64,000 bases of DNA from Nageia nagi. Its lineage: Eukaryota > Plantae > Pinophyta. The DNA is taken from positions 31,434,001-31,498,000 of the forward strand of contig JBITNC010000002.1 in assembly GCA_050084985.1 (NCBI GenBank), written 5' to 3'. Positions 25,080 to 37,762 of this stretch are shown piece by piece. The notes below the pieces were generated by a model. The model was given only the letters and a program-made list of their open reading frames with translations, ran no database searches and was not told where the DNA came from. Made by a program: the position numbers and the translations under genes. Every line of letters begins with the position of its first letter. Position 1 is the first letter of the stretch.

Positions 25080-25640
25080 AGTCCATAACATCCTTACTAC
25101 ATTCAAGTTTAATCCTGCAACTAGATAGGAACCATATTTCTGCAAGATTTCAATCGGATCAAAACCTACATTCGATATGAAACCTAAATTTGAGTTAAAA
25201 CTTGCATCCAAGTCAAAAGCATTTGTCTCAATTAGGTTAGAACCTACAATCAGGTCAATAGCATTTCTTTGCAATTGAGTTAAAACCTACATCTAAGTAG
25301 GAACCTACATCCAAATCAAAAGCATCTATGTACAATCAGGTCAGAACCTACATCTAGATCAAAAGTATCTATCTGCAGTCAGATCAAAACTTGCATCTAA
25401 GTCAAAAGCATCTATCTACAACTGGGTTGAGACTTGCATTTAGGTCAATAGTATTTCCTTACAACCGAGTTGGAACCTGCATTCAATCAGAACTTACATT
25501 TAGTTTGAAACTACATATGAATAGGAACCTACATATAAGTAGGAAACATCTATTTACAGCTAGGTTGGAACCTATGTCCATATCAGAAGCATTTCCTTGC
25601 ACTTGGACTAGAACTAGCAACCAAGCGAGATTCATATCTA
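25080..25640. repeat. Degenerate short tandem repeats (~18- and ~41-bp units; aacctacatc..aatcaaaagcatctat..caatcaggtcag)
   Basis: Recurring aacctacat / aaaagcat motifs at roughly 41-bp spacing. Confidence 0.7.
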
Positions 25641-25841
25641 TGCATCTGGGTTGATTGCACAAGACTATGCAACTAGGTTGGATGCATATCTGTGCATTTG
25701 AGCCATGCATCTAACCTGGTCACATAAGCCTATGAAACTGAGTTGGATGCATATCTATTCATTTGGGTTGGTTGCATTTTCCTACATGCAATAGAAAATG
25801 TGCATCCAAGCTGATTGAATTTTTTTGCATTTAGTAGGGCC

Positions 25842-27630
25842 TATGCAACTAGGTCAAATGCATATATGTGCATCTAGGTTGATTGCATTTTCCTACATTT
25901 AGTAAGAAAATTCAAACACATGTCTCGAGCTCATTTTTTGAGCAAAAGAGATCATGTAACCACTAGTTGGAAATGATTTTCATGAACTTTCCAATGGTGT
26001 ATCATTTTTTCCATTAGATGCCTATAGAAAAAGTTATGGGCAGTGGTGTATAATTTGAAGCTTGAAAAATTGGTCATCCATTTTCAAAAGTTTATAACCT
26101 TTTCTAGAGACATCTAATGGAATAAAATTATACACCTTTGGAAATTTTATGAAAAAACCTTTCCAATGAGTGGTTACATGACCCCTTTTGTTCAAAAAAT
26201 GATCTTGAGGCATGTGTTTGAAGTTTCCTATCGAATGCAAAAAAGCAACCAGCTCGGATGCATATATATGCATCCAACCTAATTGCATATCTATGGATCT
26301 AGACTGACTACATTTTCCTACTTCTAATAGGAAACTTCAAATGCATGCTCCAAGCTCATTTTTTGAGCAAAAGAGGTCATGTAGCCACTTGTTGGAAATG
26401 ATTTTTCATAAAATTTCCAATGGTGTATCATTTTTCCCCATTAGATGTCTTTACAAAAAGTTCTGGGCAATGGTGTATAATTTGAAGCTTGAAAAATAGA
26501 TCATCCATTGTCAAATGGCCATAACATTTTCTAGAGACATCTAATAGGGGAAAATGATACACCATTGAAATGTTCATGAAAAAATATTTCCAACAAGTAG
26601 TTACATGACCTATTTTGCTAAAAAAATGAGCCTAAACATGCATTTGAAGTTTCTTATTGGATGAAAATGTAATTTGTCCAAATGCACAAATATGCATATA
26701 ACTCGATTGCATATTTGTTCATCTGATCCAGCTGCATTTTCCTACATTTGGTAAGAAACTTCAAATGCATGCTTCTAGCTCATTTTTTGAGCAAAAGAGG
26801 TAATGTAACCACTTGCTGGAAAGAATTTTTCATAAATTTTCCAATGGTGTATCATTTTTTCCCATTAGATATCTCTAAAAATGTTATGGGCAATGGTGTA
26901 TAATTTTAAGTTTGAAAAATAGATCATTCATTTGAAAAAGGTAATAAATTTTTCTAGAGACATCTAATGGGGGAAAATGATACACGATGGGGGTCAATTG
27001 CATAACTATACATTCAAGCCAACTATAGTTTCTTGCATTCAGTAGGAAACTTCAAACACATTCCCAAGGCTTATTTTTTTTGAGAAAAATATCTCATGTA
27101 ACCACTCGTTGGAAAGTGTTTTTCATGAACTTTCCAATGGTGTATCATTTTTCTCCATTAGACATCTCTAGAAAAAAATATAGGCAATGGTGTATAATTT
27201 GAAACTTAAAAAATAGATCAACTATTTTCAAAAGGTCATAATCTTTTCTAGAGACATTTAATGGAGGAAAATTATATACCATTGGCAAGTTCATGAAAAA
27301 TTTTCTGACGAGTGATTACATGATATGTTTTGCTCAAAAAATGAGCCCAAGGCATGCATTTAAAGCTTTTTATTAGATGCAAGAAAATGCAACTGGGTCA
27401 GATGCATATCTATGCATTTAGGCTAACTGCATTTTCTTGCATTTGGTAGAAAATGTCAAATGCATGCCTTGGGCTCATTTTTTGAGTAAAATGGATCATG
27501 TAACCACTCATTGAAAAATAAATTTTATGAACTTTCCAATGATGTATCATTTCCTCCCATTAGATGTCTCTAAAAAAATGTTATGGCCTTTTGAAGATGG
27601 CTAATCTATTTTGCAAGATTCAAATTATGC
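25842..27630. repeat. Tandem array of ~425-bp fold-back (inverted-repeat) units
   Basis: Unit 1: arm 25842-26038, ~55-bp spacer, reverse-complement arm 26093-26289. Further units start at ~26285, ~26710 (right arm truncated), ~27000 and ~27405 (half unit). Confidence 0.85.
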
Positions 27631-28190
27631 CCAACCTCATAAAATGTTAAGGTTAAATGCTCTAAACACTTGGTTGCATGTTTGATGGTGATGACGAAGT
27701 TGCATGTCTCATGGCCCCAACCTAGTTACATATTTTATTAGATTGACCTAATTGCATGGATATATGATGTCAGATTGGGTATATCCATATGTGATGTTGG
27801 ACTAATTACAAAATATTTGATGTTGAAATAGTTGCATAAAATCTAGATGTGGTGTTAAATTGAATGTAAAGTATTTTATGAACTTGTTGCAAAATATTTG
27901 GTGTTGAATTGGTTAAAAAAATTTGCCAATTTTTTATATCTTTTTTTTTAATTTATATAAAAATCATTTACCTATTTATCATATCGCCATCAGTTCACCA
28001 TCATTTCTAAACAAGTTTCTGGGAGATTCTTCAGGATTTTACATGTCAATTTAGAATGAGGTGTCTTAAAATTTTCTTTGCATCTTATGTGTAGTCTCAA
28101 CCTGCTTTTGTGTTTCTTTCCTTTTTGTTTCCATCGTTTTAATGAATTTTTCCAAATACATCCTGTCACTAACCATGTTTAAGTATAGTT

Positions 28191-31100
28191 TGTTAGAATT
28201 TGTAATGTAATATATCTCCTTAATGTAAATTCACTTAATACTTAAAGTATCATTAGATACATTAAAGTATTAAAGGAATAAAAATAGGTATGATATTAAA
28301 AATAGGTAAGGGATTAAAAATAGAAAAGGGATTAATTATAGAGTGGGTTTCTTCTTATTAACAAAGAAGAACCCATTTGACTCTTAGGCTCATTTATTGT
28401 TACTTAAAATTAATGAATCTTGTGTAAAGAGATCCATTAGGGGTTGTAACAAAACCCATTGGACTCTTTGGTTCATACTTATGGATGATGTAGTTTCAGT
28501 TCTTAAAACACTTTATTTGTTTTGCATTTTTACTTTATATGCAAATTCATGAGGTGAGGATAAGGTGAATTGAAGCATTTTAATTTGACGATCCAAGTGG
28601 TAAAAATTTTATACTTCTTAATTACCCTTAAGTCCTATGTTGGTTTAGATTTAACTCCATATAGGTGGACAAGCATATGTGTAGTGATACCATATGTCCA
28701 TTCGTCCATTTAGGGATTATCCTGATAACCTAGGAGGAAAACTAAAAATTTAATCAAGATAATTAATGTGGTCGATCCAACATACATCATAATCTTGAAA
28801 AATAGCTCGTACTTCTCCTTATGGAATTATATTGCTACCTAAAGGGAACTAGTTGAAGATTGGTAGGACCTGGGCTCCTTGCGAGCATCTAGGTGAGGGC
28901 CTAATTTTAGACAAGAAAACAAGCCTCAAATTTTCCCTCTTCAGTTATACTTAGTGTAAAGATGTTGGATGTATGATTATTATTCTTTTTAACAATTAAG
29001 CATTTTTTTCATTGATTAGTTCAAATGTGTTTTAGTATATTTAATGTTTTTAAATTCAACATATATGCTTACATTATTTATCTCCTTTATATTATTTTGT
29101 AGCAATGAGAGACTCTTTTCATGAAGGGATCACTTAATAGAATGCCTTTAAAACACATGCATTCATGGGCTTCTTTAAAAATCCCCTATTTTTAAAATTT
29201 GCCACCTTCTCTTTTAATTTATTAAACCTCTCATGGTAAACCTTTATATAATAAATAATAATCCTTTTTAAAAACTTATCATTTATCAAAAAATTAAATC
29301 AATTTTTAATACTGCTTTGTAGTTTTACCCATTATTATCATCACATGGAATTGTAGTGATCCAAGACTTTGTTAATTGAAACGATCATCTTCCATTATTT
29401 AAAATCACCCAAAATGATGACCTAAGGGACTATCTCAATGATGAAATTAGAGTATAGCCTAGATCCAAGAGACCTATTGATGGTTGTATTCATGAGGATG
29501 AAATTCAAGTAGCTTCTCCCATTTGTGTAAGTATAAAAATAAAAGGTTCTTTTATAAATGATATGTGCAATGGTTCTTCCCTTTAAGACTTCTATAACCT
29601 TTCTTGATTAAAATATCACCAATCAATACAAATAGAAATAATTCTTCGATCTTATGGTGGTTTTTTAGTGTTTCAAGTTATACACTTATAAAAAATAGTA
29701 AGGAAAATAGCTTTCTTGTAGAATATATATATAATATTTTTTATAAATTTTAAACACCCCTACCCCCCTCCCTTATAAAATACTTACCGATATACCAATA
29801 GTTTGACTTGATATTAAAAATACCCCTTGGTATGCACTCATGTGGTATTTACCGTTTCCTAGTAGTGACCCCCCACAACTCTTTTGCATCCAAGCATATC
29901 TTGGATGGTTCCAACTATGGTATTTGGAAATCAAGGATGAAGGAAAAAATTCTAGCATGAAAAATTTGGATGATTGTCAATGAAAACCAAGTTGCTCCAT
30001 CTAGGGAGAAGGAACTTGGAGCTTATAATACTAAGAATGATTTGGCAATGTCCATGATCTTTCATATAGTTTTAAATGAGATGCTCATAATGATATCCTC
30101 TTCAAATAGTGCAAAGGAAACTTGGGATAAACTAGAGAGTATCTACCTTGGTACTAAATTTTTTAGGAGGTTCACCATTCTTCAGAAGTTGCTTCAATCA
30201 CATTAAGAGGAAAGTGAAAGTGTGGCCATATATCTGAATAAGGTTGTTGATCTTAAGACTCAGCTAGTAGGGTGTGGATGAAATTGCATCAATGATGAGT
30301 TTCTAACTTTCATCATCCTTCAAAGCCTATCTACTAAGTTTATTCAATTTGTGATTATTATTGAAACTAGGCTTGATGATGAAAAAGATATGTTCTCCTT
30401 AGAAAATATATCAAGGCTTCTCTTGAAGCATGAGGAAACACTTAATAATAAAGTGTTGATCACCACTCCTAAGGATCCATCTATGGCTCTTGGTCTAATG
30501 AAGCCTCACTTCAAAAAGAAGAACCATAACTAAAAGAAAGGTTCTAATGCTCCTAAGAACTTCAAGAAAGGTGGGAATAAAAAGAATTATGGTAATGATA
30601 AGTCAAAGAAAACCAAAGCCAAATTTAATAGAAATTGTAATTTATATAACCGTTATGGTCATATGGAAGTTGATTGCTTTAATAAAAAGAAAGGGCAAGG
30701 TAAAAAAAGATTTAAAAAACCGAACAAATCTAAGAAGAATAAGAATTCAGCTTATGTTGTTGCCTTTTACTCCAAGTATTGCACTTTGGCAAATGATTGG
30801 ATTATTGATTCTGGATGCACTAATCACATGTATTTTGAAAATGATAAGTTTGAAAACTATCATAAGTATAGAAAAGATGCAATTATGATAGATGATAGTT
30901 CAATCCTTGAAGTTCAAGGTATTAGATTTATGTTGATACAAGGGAAGATTCTTGAAAATATGTTTTATATGCTTAAACTACTATGAATCTCCTTTTCATA
31001 ATCCAGGTTGCAAGGAAGTGTTACTCTTTTGAGTTCAACTCACACTCATGGTGCATAAAAAAAGGTCTTGCCACTTTGATGAAAGGTTCAATTCAAGATG

Positions 31101-34100
31101 ACCTTTACATTATGGATCAATCTCCAAAAAATATGTGCCTTGCAACTAATGTTTGTTCTAGAGGCAATCTTTGGCATCATCGATTAGGCCACTAAACCAT
31201 AAGAACATTCAAGTCATGAAAGATCATGAACTTGTGGAAGGTTTGCCTATAATATCACCTACAATTGGTCTTTATGAGAAGTGTATTCTTGGTAAAATCA
31301 ATAGATAAAAGTTTTCAAAAGATAAGGCAACTAGAGCAACTCAGCCTCTTCAGCTTGTGCATACAGATTTGATGGGTCCATTTCTAACTAAGTTGCTTGG
31401 AGGAGCTTCTTATTTCTTGAATTTAATTTATGAATTTAGCAGGATGACATTTAGTTATCTTATAAAGCACAAGGATCAAACCTTTGATAGGTTCAAAGAT
31501 TTAAAACCTTTGTAGAAAATCAATCTGGATTTAAAATCAAGATGTTAAGATCTATAATAATGGGGTGAGTATATAGCAATGTGTAATAAGAAAATGACAT
31601 CAAGAAGCAATTGATATTTAGCTATAATACCAATTTATAGAAATTCGTATGAGGATAGAAGTAAACAAACTAAAATGTACTGTTAGGAGATCTTCTGATT
31701 CTTAGATGACTTTATTTGGGTCCTTTGTATGTTTCTTTGAGATAAAGGAAAAACAAATTGCATTAAGTAGTCTTAAAAAAGTGTATCTTGTATGGGCTAG
31801 GAAAAAAAATCTTACTAGGGCATTCTACAAGCTATAACCAACCTTCTTCCCATGCAATATTTGTGTCAAGGGATGTAAAGTTCAATGAACTACCTGAAGA
31901 GTCTACTTATTATGAGAACCTAAACAAGGGTGATGATTCCTTTGTTGCTCATAACTGGTTGGATGTCAATGTGGATTTTCAACCTAAAGAACAAAACTCT
32001 TCAACATAAAGAATAACAAGGAGTGTGACCATTAATAAATCCTTATTTATCAAAATTGATTACAAGAATGAGCCTTCATCCTACAAAGAAGCTTCAAAGC
32101 ATGAGTGTTGGGTGAATGCAATGAATGTGTAGTATGAGGCTATTATGAAGAATCAAACTTGGGATTTGGTTCTTTATCCTAATGAATACAATGTGATTGA
32201 AAATAAATGGATTTTTAAGGTCAAATATAACTTAGTTGGAGAGATTGAGAAATATAAAGCAAGGTTAGTAGCTAAGGGTTTCGTTAAAAAATATGGAGTT
32301 GATTATGAGGAAACCTTTGCTTTAGTGGCAAAGATGCTTACTATTAGGGTAATTCTTGTTCTTGCAATAGCTCAGGGATGGAAAGTTTTACAACTTAATG
32401 TCAAGAGTGTTTTTCTTAATGGTGAATTAGATGTGAAAATCTACATGAATCAACTAGAAGGGTTTGTTGTTGAAGGTAAAGAATATTTTGTGTAAGTTAA
32501 AGAAGTCTTTGTATATATTTAAGCAAGCACCAAGGGCCTAGTACGAAAAGATTTCAAGATACTTAGAGGATATTAGGTTTTCTAAATGCTTCTCTAACAT
32601 AGATCTTTATGTGCTCAATGAAGGAAAAGACTTGATCTTGATTATTTTCTATGTGGATGATCTATTGATTACATAAAATAATATGATCCTCATACAAGAT
32701 TGCATATCCAAACTTAGGGCAACTTTTTAAATGACTGATCTTGGTCTATTGCACTACTACCTTGGTATGCAAGTGTACCAATACAAAGATTGTAATTACC
32801 TCAGTCAATATAAGTATATCTTATATATCTTGCAAAAGTTTGGAATGGAGGAGTGCAAGCATGATGCAATCTCAATCTCTGCTAGAATCACTTTATCTCT
32901 TAGTTCCAACTCTTAGTTGGTAGATGCTATAGCTTATAGATAACTAATTGATAGTCTTATTTGTTTGAATATCTCTAGGCTAGATATTACCTTTGCCATG
33001 AATTTGAGAGCTTACTTTATGCAAAAGCCATATGTTGATCACTTCAATGTTGTTAAGCAAATTTTGAGGTATGTTATAGGCACTAAGAATCTTGCTCTCA
33101 AGTATGACAAGTTGCCCTCATTTGTTCTCTCAGGATTCTTAGATTTTGACTATGGGGGAGATAGAGATAACATAAAATCAACCTCTAATTATGTGTTTAG
33201 CATTGGTTTAGGTGCTATCTCTTGGGCATATAAGAAGCAACCTACTACTACTCTCTCCATCATAGAGGTTGAATATCATGTAATGTTAGTTGCAGCCCAA
33301 AAAAACCATTTGGTTGAGGTATCTTTTGAAAGAAAGAGGGTATGAACAAGTTCATCCATAAATTTTTTTTCAAATACTTAGTCAACTATTGCTTTGGAAA
33401 AGAATCATATTTTCCATCAAAGAATAAAGCATATAGAAATCCAAATCCAGTTCATTAGAGAGAAAGTTCTAGATGGTCTTCTACACTTGTAGTATTGTCC
33501 ATCAGTCTTAAAATCTACTAATTTGTTCACCAAGCCCCTTCCTGAAGCTTAGTTCTATAAGCTTAGAGATTTTATTGGGTTGGTGAAGTTGCCCTCAAAA
33601 AGGAAGTAAATGTTAAATTTTTGTTGAATCCATTGTAATTTCTTCCTTCTTAATAAAGTTGTTGAACTTTTATTTGATTTGTATATTGTATTTATACATT
33701 CATCTATTTTGTAACTATAAGTATGCGCTTGACATCTTAGTGATGAATTATAGTGTATCTCAAATCCAAACACGTTATATTAAGGAGAAAGTTCTTGATG
33801 CAACAACTACAGCTCTATTCATCTAACTTTATCTCTCCTAATTTATTCACTAGCCACTTTTATTAACTTTGTTGTGCACACTTTGAAGGTTTCTTATGGT
33901 AGTGAAGTTGTCTTCAAGGGTAGTGAAGGTCAAATTCATGTTTGTGATGACAAATTCATCCTTAGGAGGCTATTTTTGTTGTATAGTGTTGATCTAAGTG
34001 TACACATTCATGGTTAGTTCACTATATATGAGGAACTCATGGTATATTTATTTTGTTATCACTATGTGAGGAATCAGTATGTGTTTGTTACCACTATTTG

Positions 34101-35079
34101 GTTATCCATATGTTAGTAACTTATATATGTGCATATACTTTTTTATTGTTGATCAACACATGTTTCTATATACAGCAGATGACTATAAGTATTAGCTTGA
34201 CATCTTCGTGATGACTTATAGTGCATCATTGATCAATTTATGGATGGCATTACTTATTTCATTCATCTTTTGATTGATATGAATGATATATGATGCATAT
34301 AATTGATCTTGTTTATAAGCTGCTTGTAGCTTACAAGTTTCATCTTGAGAGTGCATGTTACTTCATGTGGGTAGGCTCATGGAGGCTCATATATCAACTC
34401 AATGTTGATCGACTACACTTATAGTGAAACCAGTTGTGGTTAATGATTGTATTGTAAACCATTTTTTCAAATGGTATTGTAATGAGTCTCAAACTAAGAT
34501 CTTGCTTATTTCTCATTGATGTAAAAGTTCTTAGCTCTACTTGTATCTCTTTAGAGGATAACTCTCTCTTACTCTATCTTTCTTCTTCTCTCTATGCTCT
34601 ATCCCAATATTACATTGAGAGGGAGTGTTGGAATTTGTAATGTAATATTATGTAATGTTTCTCCTTAATGTAAATTCACTTAATACTTAAAAGTATCATT
34701 AAATACATTAAAGTATTAAAGGAATAAAAATATAAGGATTAAAAATAGGTAAATGATTAAAAATAGAAAAGGGATAATTATAGAGTGGGTTTCTTCTTAT
34801 AAAAAGAGAAGAACCCTCCCCTTATCTAGTTACACAATTGCAATGCAAGCTTTGTTATAGGTTTAGAGTGTGAGATAGAGAAGAGATTTTATAAGAGAGG
34901 TCCTTGAGAATAAGAAGATCTTAGTTAGTGGATGTACTCCCAAGGAAGGAGGAACCATTTTATATCTTGTGTTATTTATGTGATTGGATTTAGTTATTGT
35001 GCTATTGTGTTGATGTTGAAAGTTCCTTCTTGAGATCTTGGTAGATTAGAAATTAATCCAAAAAGGGATAAATTCTTCA
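28191..35079 (+). mobile_element. Ty1/Copia LTR retrotransposon (Copia-1), decayed
   Basis: TG...CA termini and TSD TAGTT (28186-28190 / 35080-35084). 3' LTR 34626-35079 follows PPT GAGAGGGAG (34617-34625). The 5' LTR matches only over 28191-~28374. Confidence 0.92.
29880..33600 (+). pseudogene. Copia-1 gag-pol polyprotein (gag, zinc knuckle, PR, GAG-pre-integrase, partial INT, RT, RNase H)
   Basis: LDGSNYGIWKSRMK; CNLYNRYGHMEVDC; WIIDSGCTNHM; LWHHRLGH; LVHTDLMGP; KYKARLVAKGF..GVDYEETFA; FYVDDLL; AISWAYKKQ; HIEI...FIREKV. Confidence 0.92.
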
Positions 35080-37749
35080 TAGTTCTTTGGTGCTACAAAA
35101 ATCTTCCATCACTATTTGTAAGTTTGGATAAGAGAGCACTCCCTCAAAATGTTCTGCTTTTTCTAGTACCATAAAAGCATGGTTTAGAGTCATTTCCTCT
35201 CATTTTTGTAGATGGGTGACCATGAAATTTTCTTCCCACTTGATTGGATCCATGTCACCCTACTTGCTTAAAATAAATAATTCTTCTCCCTTTCTCTTTG
35301 GATGGAAAGATGAGCTAGCAAAATTTATCTCTTTTATTTTGGTATGGTTGAAAATCTCATGTGGTTTTGATATTTCCTTTGCCTTATATTCTCGTGAAAC
35401 CATTTCCATCAAATCAGCTTGTCCTATGATATCCAAAAATATTCTAAAATATACTACCTTCATGTAGTTTTTGGATCTCTTTTTGTATGTTTATTTTCCT
35501 TATCACTGATAATCACTCTCGTCTTGGGTGGCTCTTTACTTATACCAAAAATCACATGGGTGCATAAATCTAGCACCTTTTCTAGTTTCTAATATGCTTC
35601 CTTGCTCCAACTGACCATGGTGCTAAGTAGGGCTTACTCTTACTTAACTCTTGCTTGCCAAAAAAAAACTTTTGGTAACCATAATATATTTTGATCTTTT
35701 TTCCAAGCAACAACTATTTGTGCCTTTATCTACTTATACTTCTAAAATAAAATAAAATTTTTTATCTTTTCTCCTTATTTCTCCTATTCAAAAATAATAG
35801 AAATATGAAATACTCAAACTTGGAATTTTGGTCCTGCCATGATTGGATGAGCTAAGCAAATCTTGAACCCGTGGGTTATGGGCCCAAAGAACAAATTTTG
35901 AATTTGGGTGTGTCCTCTTGAAGCTCAATGTCCACATACACAAGATGAATAATGCAAAGCTAGTTCCAAATTTTGAAATTTGGCTAAGATACTAGTCATT
36001 CAACCTTCAAGGATTGAAGTTTTGCAATCTCACAACAAATAGAGCTTTCTATACTCCCAACGTCTCACTTCCAACCTCAAATTCTAATCACAATAGCATA
36101 ATAACTCTAATGTCTCCTCCTCAAGCCTCCATGGTGTGAGTACCATCATGAAATTCAATCAATATCAATAAATTAACTCTCCTATTTTCCAACAACCTCC
36201 TTGCAATGATTATGTCTCCAAATGTTCCAAAACAAATGGTAAGTATGTCTAGTGAACCTGCAAAATTGTCAATACTTATCTTCCATGATGAAAATGAGTT
36301 AATACTTACAAGTAATGACACTTATGATGCAACTCAAACACCTAATTGGCCTTAGCAAGACAACGTACTACTTCAAGTGTCTCCAAAATGCAGCTAAGGT
36401 TTCCAAAAACCTCCTAATAGCTCAACATCTAACCTTTAGTGACTTTGAAATACAACAATGAGTCCAAAAACTCTTCCAGAATCCCAACATTTGACCCATA
36501 ATGTCTTCAAAAATCCAAACTAACTTCAAAATATGCCTCAATTTTCCATGCTTGCTTCAAAATGATCCCAAAATGTAGCTCATTGTTTGCCTTAGAATGA
36601 TCCTGAAATGTAGCTCAAGCTCAAGAATTCTTCTCAATATGCTAATGTTCACATTAGGACTTCACCATAATGTAGAACAATCTTCACAAATACCATCAAA
36701 CTACTAACATTTGGCTTAGAGGACCTTCAAAATGTAGCAAGGAGCTCAAAAATGCCCCTAATATGCCAACGTATGTACAAGGATGGCCCTAAAATGTGAG
36801 ATAGACCTCAAAATTCCTCCAAGAAATCAATGTTTTCCTTCAGGTGGACTCAAAATATAGCACAAACCTCTAAAAAGAACTCAAAACTACATCTACCTCC
36901 TAAAGAGATCAAAATGCAAAGTTAAGCTAAAAAAATGCCCTTAATGGTGCAATGTCTAGCTTCTAGTGATCCATAAATGCAATGTCTGGCTTCAGGTAGT
37001 CCTAGATTATAATTTTAGGTACAAAAAACTCCTTAGAAATGCAATGATTGACTTTTGGTGGTCTCAAGATGCATCTTTAGGCTCCAAAATGCCCTCATAA
37101 TACCAACATCCTCCCTATAAGATCCTCAAAACACTAAATGAGCTACAAATAGCTCTTAAAACACCAACATCTAGCTCCATATGAGCTCAAAATCTTTAGA
37201 CAAACCCTTATTCCTCCCTCAAACTCAAAATAATCGAGAACGAACTTTAACTTAACATAAAAATATAATTTTTTTGAAAGTGTACCTTTTCAAGATGGAC
37301 GAACCTCCTCAAAGCTTCATAATTTGAAATTAGGGCCAAAATATATCCAACAACTTTCCAAAAGGGTGAGATAGGGATACTAGATCTCCAATGACTTACT
37401 CCAAATGTCTAGATCCTCCAAAAGCTCCTTCAAAATAATCACTATGATGCTAGGTCAAATTCACTCCTCAACAAGATAATAAGAACTCTTCACAAATAGC
37501 ACTATGATCCAACAGAATATCACAATAAGTCTCTTTTGGCTTCTCCAAGTCCTCCAACAATCTCCTTCAGCAATAATCTCCTCAACTCTTACCCAGCAGC
37601 AAGGGCAAGATCTCCAACTTCACTTCAACCAATCTCTCATGTGTGATACAACTGCGATGTGTGTATCCCAATATTCAAATTCTCTTCAGCTCCAACTCAA
37701 AATCCGTTATAAATGATGCCTTGATTCCCATCAGGATGGCATAATCAAG

Positions 37750-37761
37750 GCTCTGATACCA
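37750..37761 (-). other. Primer binding site, tRNA-iMet (element B)
   Basis: Minus strand TGGTATCAGAGC, 1 nt from the LTR end at 37763. Confidence 0.92.
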
Positions 37762-37762
37762 C

